Source: Patescibacteria group bacterium (lineage in GTDB: Bacteria > Patescibacteriota > Microgenomatia > UBA12405). Taken from it: a stretch of 64,000 nt of DNA. Numbering within the stretch: the first letter of the stretch is position 1; each line of letters begins with the position of its first letter. Positions 55,811-64,000 of the stretch are shown here, piece by piece. The notes beneath the pieces were generated by a model. It did no database searches and had not been told where the DNA came from. It worked only from the letters and a program-made list of their open reading frames with translations. Both the position numbers and the translations under genes were made by a program. The stretch is from positions 10,227-74,226 of the forward strand of contig WARW01000003.1 in NCBI GenBank assembly GCA_013387215.1, in the 5' to 3' direction.

Positions 55811-56010
55811 AAAAAATAGTTTTAAAAATACTTGTCTTTTATAAAAAATACCTGTCTTACGGGTATAATTGTAGATTTATCCCAACATGTTCGGAATATA
55901 CATATGAAGCCGTGGAAAAATATGGTGTAATTAAAGGAATGGGTTTAGGAATAAGAAGAATATTAAAATGTCACCCATGGGGTAAAAAAGGAATAGATTT
56001 GTTAAAATAG
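55807..56010 (+). CDS. yidD: membrane protein insertion efficiency factor
   Basis: 'CRFIPTCSEYTYEAVEKYGVIKG' YidD signature. Confidence 0.8.
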   Translation: MKKIVLKILVFYKKYLSYGYNCRFIPTCSEYTYEAVEKYGVIKGMGLGIRRILKCHPWGKKGIDLLK

Positions 56011-56016
56011 TAACTT

Positions 56017-56796
56017 ATGAATATTTTTATTGCACCGTTTGTGAACGCCCTATTTGGAGCCTACTATTTAGTAGGAAACTTAGGTTGGGCAATTATTTTG
56101 GTAACCATTTTAATTAAATTAATTTTGATTCCATTGGTTATTCCCAGTTTAAAAACCGCTCAAAAACAACGATTATTACAGCCAAAATTAAGTAAATTAA
56201 AAGAAAAATACGGCAATGATAAACAAGCTATGGCTAAGGCGCAAATGGATTTGTATAAGCAGGAAGGAATCAATCCAATGGCCGGATGTTTGCCCCAAAT
56301 ACTTCAAATCGCCGTATTACTTTTATTCTTCTCTGCTTTCAATATGGTGACTCAATATTCTGAGGGTAAAGGCAGTATGGATAATATTAATAATAATTTA
56401 ATTCAGAATTTTAAGATCAATCATGATTTTAAATTTGATGTGAACTTTTTTGGTTCGAATTTAACTCAAGTGCCTTCAAAGATTTTTTCACAAGGAATTA
56501 GTTTGAGTTTAGTTTTACCTTTAATCCTTTTATTGGGATCAGGTTTATTGCAATTTTGGAGTGCTAAATTAATGATGCCAGCTCCAAAAGCTGATGAAAA
56601 AATTGCTAAAGCAACTGCTGATAAAGAGGATGATATGATGGCGGCAATGAGAACCCAATCAACCTATCTTATGCCTTTAATGACAATTATTATTGGCTGG
56701 AATTTTTCATTAGGTTTATTGCTGTATTGGTTTGTTAATTCAGCGGCAATGATCGGTCAACAATTAATCTTTAATAAATTTTCAAAAAATAAATAG
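56017..56796 (+). CDS. yidC: YidC/Oxa1-family membrane protein insertase
   Basis: Short Gram-positive-type YidC; 5 TM, conserved 'MxxxQPxL..LKEKY' region and C-terminal TM bundle. Confidence 0.8.
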   Translation: MNIFIAPFVNALFGAYYLVGNLGWAIILVTILIKLILIPLVIPSLKTAQKQRLLQPKLSKLKEKYGNDKQAMAKAQMDLYKQEGINPMAGCLPQILQIAVLLLFFSAFNMVTQYSEGKGSMDNINNNLIQNFKINHDFKFDVNFFGSNLTQVPSKIFSQGISLSLVLPLILLLGSGLLQFWSAKLMMPAPKADEKIAKATADKEDDMMAAMRTQSTYLMPLMTIIIGWNFSLGLLLYWFVNSAAMIGQQLIFNKFSKNK

Positions 56797-56841
56797 TAAT
56801 ATTGGGGATTAAAACTCAATAATGCATGGTAAAATAGCCCT

Positions 56842-57312
56842 ATGGATAACAAAGAAAGAAATGAAAAAATCTTAAAGATCGCTTGTGATCTTTTGGAAAA
56901 AATGAATTTTGAAGTAGAAAAAGCCTTCGTTGAGGATGTGGAAGGAGAGGAAGATCAAGTTTGGGTGGGAGTAACTGTGAAAAATCCAGGCGGTTTGATT
57001 GGATTTAGAGGCCGAAATTTAGCATCAATTCAAATTTTAATGTCGATGATTGTTAAGACTCAAGTCGATGAAAAGATCAGAGTGCTTTTGGATGTAAATA
57101 ATTATCGCGGTGAACAAAAAGTCAGATTAGAAAATATGGTAAAAAGTTTAGCTGAAAAAGTAATCCAAACCGGAATACCTGTCAGTTTAACTAATATGAG
57201 TTCGTATGAAAGAAGAATTTGCCATATGGCAGCTTCAAATATTGAAGAAATAGTGTCGGAGTCTGAGGGTGAAGGTGAAGAAAGACACGTAGTAATAAAA
57301 CTAAAGGCATAA
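56842..57312 (+). CDS. Jag/KhpB-like R3H RNA-binding protein
   Basis: KH-like then R3H region ('ERRICHMAA'); conserved position after yidC. Confidence 0.7.
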   Translation: MDNKERNEKILKIACDLLEKMNFEVEKAFVEDVEGEEDQVWVGVTVKNPGGLIGFRGRNLASIQILMSMIVKTQVDEKIRVLLDVNNYRGEQKVRLENMVKSLAEKVIQTGIPVSLTNMSSYERRICHMAASNIEEIVSESEGEGEERHVVIKLKA

Positions 57313-57334
57313 AATATTTATGCTAAGATAGGGC

Positions 57335-58552
57335 GTGGTTGAAATTCGGCAAAAAATAAGCAGTTGGCTGCTTTTCATATTTTTATTTTTAATTCCAACT
57401 CAATTAGGAAAACATTTTTGGCCGGATTGGAGTTATATTTTGGGAATCAGAATCGATTTTTTATCCCCTACTTTGTATTTTTTAGATTTAATTTGGATTG
57501 GATTATTTTTAATTAATTTCAGTTTTGAAAAAATTAAAAGAATTTTAAAATGGGAATATTTTTTATTGACCCTATTTGTGGGAATTAATCTATTAGTAGC
57601 GGAAAATAAGGGCGTGGCTGTTTACCGGTGGCTTATTATTTTACAAATTATTTGGACTATAAATTTTTTAAAAAGCCAAAAAAATGAAGTTAAAAAATAT
57701 CTTTTTAAAATTATTCCAGTTTGGATTATCGGTGAAAGTATTTTAGGTTTGAGCCAGATGGTTTCTGGTGGAAGTTTAGATGGTATTTGGTATTTTTTAG
57801 GAGAAAGAAATTTTAATATTAATACAGTTGGGATTGCCCAAATGTCAATATTTGGGAAAGGAATTTTGAGAGCTTATGGAACTTTTTCCCACCCAAATAG
57901 TCTAGCGGGATTTGTTTTGTTAAGTTTGGTTTTATGGATTAGATTTAAAAGCAAAATAAAAAATAAGGTGTGGTGGTGGACAGTTTGTTGGTTTGGAATT
58001 TTAGGAATTATTATTAGCGGCAGCCGATTAATATGGTTTTTAGCTTTGATTTTGGGATATTATTTTTGCTGGCAAAAGATAAAAAATAAAAAGAAAGCCG
58101 TTGGTATAACTTTAATAAGTTTAGGGGTTTTAATGATGCTAAGCGCTGTAATTATTAATAAATATCCTTTAAATAATTTGATTGGAGGCTGGGATAAAGA
58201 AAGTTTTAGTAAAAGATGGGATTTGAATGTGGCGGCTTTTAAAATGATTCGTGGTTCGTTGTGGACTGGAGAAGGATTAGGAAACTTTATTGTTGAATTA
58301 CCTAGGTACGAAAAGAACAATTCTTTGTTGCAGCCGGTTCATAATATTTTATTGTTGATAGTTAGTGAAACTGGACTCTTAGGTTTAGGACTTTTAGGAT
58401 TAAGCTTAATTAATTTTTATAAAAATAAAGTTGGGAAAATTTCCGATAAATTGATTTTAATTTTGATTTTAATAAGTGGAATGTGGGACCATTATTGGAT
58501 TACCCTGCCCCAAAATTGGTGGCTTTTAACCGTGGTGTTGGGAATAATATAA
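57335..58552 (+). CDS. O-antigen ligase-like (Wzy_C family) membrane protein
   Basis: ~10 TM with large loop 'SRLIWFLALILGYY' and 'FSHPNSLAG' typical of O-antigen ligase family. Confidence 0.6.
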   Translation: MVEIRQKISSWLLFIFLFLIPTQLGKHFWPDWSYILGIRIDFLSPTLYFLDLIWIGLFLINFSFEKIKRILKWEYFLLTLFVGINLLVAENKGVAVYRWLIILQIIWTINFLKSQKNEVKKYLFKIIPVWIIGESILGLSQMVSGGSLDGIWYFLGERNFNINTVGIAQMSIFGKGILRAYGTFSHPNSLAGFVLLSLVLWIRFKSKIKNKVWWWTVCWFGILGIIISGSRLIWFLALILGYYFCWQKIKNKKKAVGITLISLGVLMMLSAVIINKYPLNNLIGGWDKESFSKRWDLNVAAFKMIRGSLWTGEGLGNFIVELPRYEKNNSLLQPVHNILLLIVSETGLLGLGLLGLSLINFYKNKVGKISDKLILILILISGMWDHYWITLPQNWWLLTVVLGII

Positions 58553-58587
58553 ATAAAAAGTCAGGATAGGAATGGTAAAATTGATGG

Positions 58588-59805
58588 ATGTTAAAGAAAC
58601 CGATTATTAATACGGCAGTACAAGTGTTTGGTAAAGGAATTACTGTTTTAATTAGCTTGGTAACAACCGGTATTTTGACCAGAAAATTAGGACCGGATGT
58701 TTACGGCAGTTATACATTAGTAACTTCGGTGTTTATTATTCTTGATTCTTTGGCGGATTTCGGCACAAAAATTATTGGTGTCAGAGAAGCATCTTTGAAA
58801 ACTGGCAAAGAAAGAGAAAATATTTTTATTCAAGCAACCTGGCTGAGATTAATGACTTCAACAATTGCCTTTTTAGTTGGACTTTTGGTGATATTTTTAT
58901 GGAATGGATTTGCGGAAATTAGAATTGAATCGTTAGTTTCTTTATCGATGATTTGGTTCACTTCAATTGCGGGGAGCTTAGAAATCGTGTTTCAAACGAA
59001 ATTGAGAATGGATTTGAAAGTATTAATTGATATCGTATTCCCCTCTTTATTTTTGATTGCCCTTTTAAGTTGGAATAAACCAATTACTTTATTGTGGGTG
59101 TTTGGAGTTTATTTGCTAGCCAGAATCATTAGTTTAGTGTTTGGAATCGGATTGGTACGAGAAGTGTTTAATTTGGAAGCAATTAGATCAATAAACTGGG
59201 TATTTTTGAAAAAATTTTTGAAAGAATCTTGGCCAATGGGAATGTATTTAATCGTATTTGCCGGTTATGACCGGGCTATCGATTCCCTATTGATTCAAAA
59301 ATATATCGGCATTAAAGAAGTCGCTTTTTACGGTTTGGCTTATAAAATCTATTCTAATTTAATCCAACCGGCTTATTTTTTTGTGAATAGTATTTTTCCT
59401 TTGATGTCTTCTGAAACCACAGAAAGAAGAAAATTGTTTAAATCTTCAACTTTACTAATCGTTTTAGGTTTGATTTTACTCATTCCAACAGTTTATTTAC
59501 TCTCCCCTTTTATTATTAACGTGCTTGGAGGCGCTAGTTTTGCACCATCTATTCCGGTTTTAAGGGTGCTTTTAATTGCTTTGGCTTTCTCATATATCGG
59601 CCACTTGGTTGGATTTACTTTGATTGCTAAAGGCGGGCAAAAAGATATTTTGATTTTTAGCTTAATTTCGTTAACAGTGAATATTGCTGCAAACCTATGG
59701 GCGGTTCCCCGCTATGGAATGATGGGTGCAGCGGTGGTGACAGGCATAACTGAAGCTACTAATTGTATTTTGATGAGTTGGAGACTTTGGAAAAAGGCTA
59801 GGTAG
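58588..59805 (+). CDS. MOP-superfamily polysaccharide flippase (Wzx-like)
   Basis: 12-14 TM, N-terminal 'VQVFGKGITVLISLVTTGILTRKLGPDVYGSY' typical of polysaccharide biosynthesis/flippase proteins. Confidence 0.7.
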   Translation: MLKKPIINTAVQVFGKGITVLISLVTTGILTRKLGPDVYGSYTLVTSVFIILDSLADFGTKIIGVREASLKTGKERENIFIQATWLRLMTSTIAFLVGLLVIFLWNGFAEIRIESLVSLSMIWFTSIAGSLEIVFQTKLRMDLKVLIDIVFPSLFLIALLSWNKPITLLWVFGVYLLARIISLVFGIGLVREVFNLEAIRSINWVFLKKFLKESWPMGMYLIVFAGYDRAIDSLLIQKYIGIKEVAFYGLAYKIYSNLIQPAYFFVNSIFPLMSSETTERRKLFKSSTLLIVLGLILLIPTVYLLSPFIINVLGGASFAPSIPVLRVLLIALAFSYIGHLVGFTLIAKGGQKDILIFSLISLTVNIAANLWAVPRYGMMGAAVVTGITEATNCILMSWRLWKKAR

Positions 59806-59813
59806 TGTTTTAT

Positions 59814-59892
59814 ATTTAGCTTTGTAATTTGCAGTGCTCGAGCCTTCGTAATATCCACTCAGATACTGCGCGCTTAAATAACAAAGCTAAAT
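59814..59892. repeat. GC-rich hairpin element A1
   Basis: Perfect 12-bp IR atttagctttgt / acaaagctaaat flanking 55-nt GC-rich core with 'gcagtgctcgagccttcg'. Confidence 0.6.
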
Positions 59893-59911
59893 TTATTCCA
59901 TTTTTTTTAGA

Positions 59912-59971
59912 TCGTGATTTGCGGTACTCACGCGTTCACTTTGTTCACATGATTCCGTTCCTAAATCACGA
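59912..59971. repeat. GC-rich hairpin element A2
   Basis: 9-bp IR tcgtgattt / aaatcacga flanking core 'ctcacgcgttcactttgttcacatgattccgt'. Confidence 0.6.
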
Positions 59972-60318
59972 CCTAAAATAATATACATTTGATATATTCC
60001 CCTAGCTAAAATAATGACGTTTTTACAACGTGAAAACCCCTAAAATCAGTACTGTGCTGACATTTTTTTGATAGAAAATTTTTTCTTTTCAAGATTCCCC
60101 TCTCGGAACCAGGTTCGATTTTGAAAAATACCATCTGAACTCGTTTGTATTTACATTAAAAATACTTACATATATCTATAATCACGTCATTACATTTTTT
60201 CACGTTACTCCTTATAATTAATTAGCTTGGTTATGACTATTTTTGGCAAGTAATAACCGCATAATAACCGATTTATTACCGTAAGAAAATAGTAAACATT
60301 TAAACTAAAATAAGTAGT

Positions 60319-63300
60319 ATGAACTCCGATTTACCAAACGCTTTAATTATTGGAATCGGACATTTTGCTGCTAAAAAACTAGCCGAAGAAATTGTAAGTA
60401 AAGACATTAACGTGGTAGGAGTGGGGGAATATGTGGATGGGTTGAATGAGATTAAGAATTTCAATTATTTTGCTAATTTAGAGGAAGTAGAGGGTAATTT
60501 TAATTATGTTTTTGATTTTAACGGGGATCTTGGAGCTTGGAATAATTTAGTGGAAGAAAGTGAAAAAATAACCATAATTTGCATTAATAACCAGTTGAAG
60601 TCAGAGCAATTGCAAGGCCAGTTGAAAAACAATAAGTTGAATTGGCGATTGGTGGAAGCTAATGGAGTATATGGGCCGGGGATGGATGATAATGAAGAAA
60701 GCAAAGATACTGGATTTTTAGTGGCGGCTTTTAAACAAGCAGTACTTAATAAAAATTTATTGCTGCCACCAGTAGAGGATAGATTTAGGTTGTTGTGTGT
60801 GGAAGATTTGGTAGATGCAGTTTTAAGAGCAAGTTTTTTGTCCGGAACTGAAGAAGAAATTTATACGTTAGCGGGAAGTGAAATTAATTCAGAAATATTA
60901 GCCGGCGTTTTGATAAACGAGGCTAAGATGACAAGGTATAAGGTGATGCAAAAAAAGATGGAACTTTTGGAATGGGATGAAAAGAAAATTTTGGAAACTC
61001 AAAAGAAACTGAGATGGCAGGCAAGGATTGATTTTAATGATGGAGTTAAAGAAACGTTGCAATATTTTTTTGTAAAAATAGATGAAGAAAGTAGAAGAAA
61101 ACCTGAGAAAAAAGAAGTGAAGAAAACAGTAATTTTGCCGGAAGTTGAAGAAAAAAGAGAAAGCCCTAAAAAATCATTTGAAGTAATTGTGGAAGAAAAA
61201 ATTGAAGAAGAACCGGTAAAAATAATTGAAGAGGAAGAAGTAAAAGAGGTGGAAAAGCCAATAGAAAAGGAAATAATTAAGAAAGAAGAAAAAAAAGAGG
61301 AACACCCAACTCATATTTTTAAACCATTGTCGTTTGAAGAAAAAAAAGAAGAAGAAGCAGTTTTGGTTGAAGAAATGGACGATTTTAGTCAATTTGTGGT
61401 AAAGAATTCAAACATGAGACAGGCAAGAAGCGAGCCGGTTGAGGAAAGTAAACCAGAAGAGAAAAAACCAGAAATAATAGAAGAAAAAAGAACGGAAAAG
61501 AAGAATAGAAGACCAAGCTTAAAAATAAAAATAAATAAGAAAGCCTTAATTTTTGCGATTGTTTCAGTATTAATTGTGGTTTTAGCCGTGCCAGTCGGTT
61601 GGGGAATCTCGACTTATAAGGCTTGGAAAAGCATAAATGAAATATCAGTTTTGACTAAAAATAAAAAGTATACTGAAGCTGAAAATTTGGGAAATAAGCA
61701 TTTGATTAAACTGAGAACGATTGATGGAAAAATTGACGATTGGGGATTAAATCAATTTGCGGGAATGCGGCATTATCAAACTGTTATTAAAGCGGAAGAA
61801 GAAGCATTGGGACTAGAAAGCAAATTGGTTGAATTGGCCCAATCGGGAGATGAAATAAATGATGCGATTTTTAAAAACAAAGCCATAGATTGGGATAAGG
61901 AATTAAATTCAGTTTCGGGAAATTTAGATGATGTTTCAAGCAAAATCGGAGTGCTTCAAGCCAGACTGAGTGGAGATTGGGAGTGGCTGCCAATGAGATG
62001 GAGAAGCGGACTGCAGAAGAAAATTGCTGACCTGAATCAAGGCAAAAAATATATTGAGTTATCTTCAAAAGCAATAAAAATTGCTCCGGACTTTTTGGGT
62101 TTAGATGGAAAGAAACGAGAATATTTAGTTTTGCTTCAAAATGAAACAGAAATAAGACCTGGCGGCGGATTTATTGGCTCATATGGGCTTTTGAGTTTCG
62201 AGAAGGGAAAGCTTTTAAATTTTGAAATCAAAGATGTTTATGAGGCTGACGGCCAGCTGAATGGACATGTGGAACCACCAGAAGAAATCAAAAATTATTT
62301 GGGAGAAGCCAACTATTATATGAGAGATGCAAATTGGAATGCTAATTTTCCAGATGCAGCAGTTGATTTACAATGGTTTTTAGACAAGGAAACTGGCAAA
62401 AAAGTAGATGGGGTGATTGGAATTAACTTGGGAGTGGCAAGAGCAGTTCTTGGGGCTGTTGGAGAGGTATTTGTCCCTGATTTTAAAGAAAGGATTAATA
62501 AAGATAATTTGTATGAACAAGCAGAATTTTATGCCGAAACAAAATTTTTCCCAGGATCAACTCAAAAGGCAAGCTTTTTGGGAGGTTTAGGAAAACAATT
62601 ATTTGATAATATTCAAAACCTAAAAGCTGATCAGAAATTAAGTTTAGTGGAAGCCTTAATCGACTCTTTGCAAAAAAATAATATGCAGATTGCACTTAAT
62701 AATAAAAATTCTGCCAATGTTTTGGCGGATTTGAATTGGAATGGAGCCATATATCAGGGAAAATGCGGAGTGGAGGGTTGCATTAGTGATTATCTGTATG
62801 TGGTTGAAGCTAATTTGGGAGTAAATAAAGCCAACTACTTTTTGTATCGAACCATGGAAGAAACAGTTGATTTTTCCAACCAATCTTTAAGCCGAGTATT
62901 AAAAATCAATTATGAAAATACGGCTAAAAATGCTAATTGGCCAGGCGGTGACTATAAAAACTATATGAGAATTTATTTGCCAAGCAATGTCAATTTGTCA
63001 CAAGTAAGTTTGATTGATACCAATAATCCAACATCTAAAAAAACATATTCTGATGGGGAGTTGAAAATAAGAGAAATTAATGGAAAAAAAGAAATTGGTT
63101 TTCTGATGACAGTGCCAGTTTCGACCAAAAGAACTGTGGAAGTCAGATATTCAACCGGAATTGATTTGAGTAAAATGAATAAAATTTCTTATGTTAATTA
63201 TTTTCAAAAACAATCAGGTTTTGGAGATACAGGTTTGGTTACTTTAATTTCATATCCACCAGAATGGCAGGCAGTTCAAGTGCAACCTACTGCTAGTTTA

Positions 63301-63372
63301 GTGGGAGGAAAACTATTGTTTAATTCTAAATTGGATCAGGATATTAAGATGGGGATTGAGTTGGACAAATAA
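60319..63372 (+). CDS. large membrane-anchored protein: Rossmann-like N-domain, Lys/Glu-rich linker, TM, C-terminal DUF4012-like domain
   Basis: 'LQNETEIRPGGGFIGSYGLL' and following region resemble DUF4012; 'KKEE'-repeat low-complexity linker aa 250-400; single TM 'ALIFAIVSVLIVVLAVPVGW'. Confidence 0.5.
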   Translation: MNSDLPNALIIGIGHFAAKKLAEEIVSKDINVVGVGEYVDGLNEIKNFNYFANLEEVEGNFNYVFDFNGDLGAWNNLVEESEKITIICINNQLKSEQLQGQLKNNKLNWRLVEANGVYGPGMDDNEESKDTGFLVAAFKQAVLNKNLLLPPVEDRFRLLCVEDLVDAVLRASFLSGTEEEIYTLAGSEINSEILAGVLINEAKMTRYKVMQKKMELLEWDEKKILETQKKLRWQARIDFNDGVKETLQYFFVKIDEESRRKPEKKEVKKTVILPEVEEKRESPKKSFEVIVEEKIEEEPVKIIEEEEVKEVEKPIEKEIIKKEEKKEEHPTHIFKPLSFEEKKEEEAVLVEEMDDFSQFVVKNSNMRQARSEPVEESKPEEKKPEIIEEKRTEKKNRRPSLKIKINKKALIFAIVSVLIVVLAVPVGWGISTYKAWKSINEISVLTKNKKYTEAENLGNKHLIKLRTIDGKIDDWGLNQFAGMRHYQTVIKAEEEALGLESKLVELAQSGDEINDAIFKNKAIDWDKELNSVSGNLDDVSSKIGVLQARLSGDWEWLPMRWRSGLQKKIADLNQGKKYIELSSKAIKIAPDFLGLDGKKREYLVLLQNETEIRPGGGFIGSYGLLSFEKGKLLNFEIKDVYEADGQLNGHVEPPEEIKNYLGEANYYMRDANWNANFPDAAVDLQWFLDKETGKKVDGVIGINLGVARAVLGAVGEVFVPDFKERINKDNLYEQAEFYAETKFFPGSTQKASFLGGLGKQLFDNIQNLKADQKLSLVEALIDSLQKNNMQIALNNKNSANVLADLNWNGAIYQGKCGVEGCISDYLYVVEANLGVNKANYFLYRTMEETVDFSNQSLSRVLKINYENTAKNANWPGGDYKNYMRIYLPSNVNLSQVSLIDTNNPTSKKTYSDGELKIREINGKKEIGFLMTVPVSTKRTVEVRYSTGIDLSKMNKISYVNYFQKQSGFGDTGLVTLISYPPEWQAVQVQPTASLVGGKLLFNSKLDQDIKMGIELDK

Positions 63373-63382
63373 ATTTTGTTTC

Positions 63383-63478
63383 GTTTTGAGATTTCCGGTG
63401 TCCTCTAAAAGGACTCGCTTCGCAGCGCTCACGCGTTTCGCTTCGCTCACATGATTGTGCTCCGTAGAATCTCAAAAC
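63383..63478. repeat. GC-rich hairpin element B
   Basis: Perfect 11-bp IR gttttgagatt / aatctcaaaac; core shares 'ctcacgcgtt' (63428-63437) and 'tcacatgatt' (63446-63455) with element A2. Confidence 0.6.
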
Positions 63479-63545
63479 TTCACTTTATATCGTGCTAAAA
63501 ATTTCTTTTGCTTCGCCAGCATTATTTGATTGATAAAATAGGGAT

Positions 63546-63839
63546 ATGAAAATGAAAAAAGTGGTGGAGAATTTTAGATGTGAAAATTGCGGTTTTGAAA
63601 TGAAAGGCGATGGCTGTACTGATCATTGCTCACAGTGTTTATGGGGAAAACATGTGGATGAAGCAGTGCCTGGCGATAGGTTAAGCGGTTGCAAAGGTTT
63701 GATGGAGCCGATTAGAACCAGCTATCAAAATGATAATTTTAGAATTTATTACAAGTGCACTAAGTGTAATCATGATTTTTGGGTTAGGGAAGGCAAGGAT
63801 GATAATAGAGATAAATTAATTGAATTGAGTGGTAATTAA
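63546..63839 (+). CDS. RNHCP-domain-like zinc-ribbon protein (8 Cys)
   Basis: 'FRCENCG...GCTDHCSQC...GCKG...YKCTKCNHDFW' eight cysteines in four pairs. Confidence 0.5.
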   Translation: MKMKKVVENFRCENCGFEMKGDGCTDHCSQCLWGKHVDEAVPGDRLSGCKGLMEPIRTSYQNDNFRIYYKCTKCNHDFWVREGKDDNRDKLIELSGN

Positions 63840-63860
63840 TTAACAAGTAAATAAATTTTT

Positions 63861-63920
63861 GCTACGAATTTTTTTCTCCCTCAATGCGTTACCGCGTTGA
63901 AACTCGTAAAAAATTGTAGC
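63861..63920. repeat. GC-rich hairpin element C (degenerate)
   Basis: Imperfect IR gctacgaattttttt / aaaaaattgtagc around 'ctccctcaatgcgttaccgcgttgaaactcg'. Confidence 0.4.
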
Positions 63921-64000
63921 CTTAAATTTACTTCGAGAATAGAATTAATTGCGGAATAAAATCGGTTAATATACGGTAATATTTTTATCAGTTAGCTATA

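Noticed and set aside
60095-60125. tRNA/tmRNA T-loop-like 'GGTTCGATT' in the 59806-60318 intergenic region
   Set aside because: Flanking bases (aacca / ttgaa) cannot form a T-stem and no acceptor/anticodon arms or CCA context; no tRNA or tmRNA could be folded on either strand.
1-64000. Alternative genetic code (UGA recoding as in some CPR lineages)
   Set aside because: Conserved genes (dnaA, copA, trxB, M56 protease) terminate at TGA/TAA/TAG at the expected lengths, and rpmH and others translate cleanly with code 11.

Overview
Low-GC, gene-dense bacterial chromosome segment with mostly Shine-Dalgarno-poor genes, standard genetic code, and a CPR/Patescibacteria-like gene repertoire. It spans the replication origin: dnaN and dnaA on the minus strand, with DnaA boxes on both sides of dnaA, followed by rpmH-rnpA-yidD-yidC-jag. 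Also present: an envelope/exopolysaccharide locus (GH8 + PilZ-less cellulose-synthase-like GT2 + GT39), three dispersed GT39/ArnT-like membrane proteins, and an O-antigen-ligase/flippase pair. A seven-gene minus-strand copper operon comprises a BlaI-like repressor, an M56 protease, an HMA-permease-cupredoxin fusion, a cupredoxin, CopZ, a CopA carrying a C-terminal extension, and a membrane protein; two copies of a dyad motif sit immediately 5' of start codons in it. A T4SS-like cluster (PrgI-like, VirB4, NlpC/P60 hydrolase) lies next to the origin. A tandem array of six paralogous membrane-anchored sulfatase-fold (alkaline phosphatase superfamily) genes, plus a divergent seventh on the opposite strand, carries Thr at the sulfatase Cys position and a conserved C-terminal ...KKEGYF tail. 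There is a minimal Rrf2-NifS-NifU Fe-S unit and an ECF sigma/anti-sigma pair. The most novel candidate is at 4.3-8.5 kb: a 38-aa ORF with the only strong SD in the window and a C-terminal Trp, then a 6-TM histidine kinase, a 624-aa protein with isoprenoid-synthase-like Asp-rich motifs, and a response regulator. I read this as a possible ComX/ComQ/ComP/ComA-type prenylated-peptide quorum-sensing module. A family of GC-rich hairpin repeats occurs in three intergenic regions and once in-frame inside a GT4 gene.
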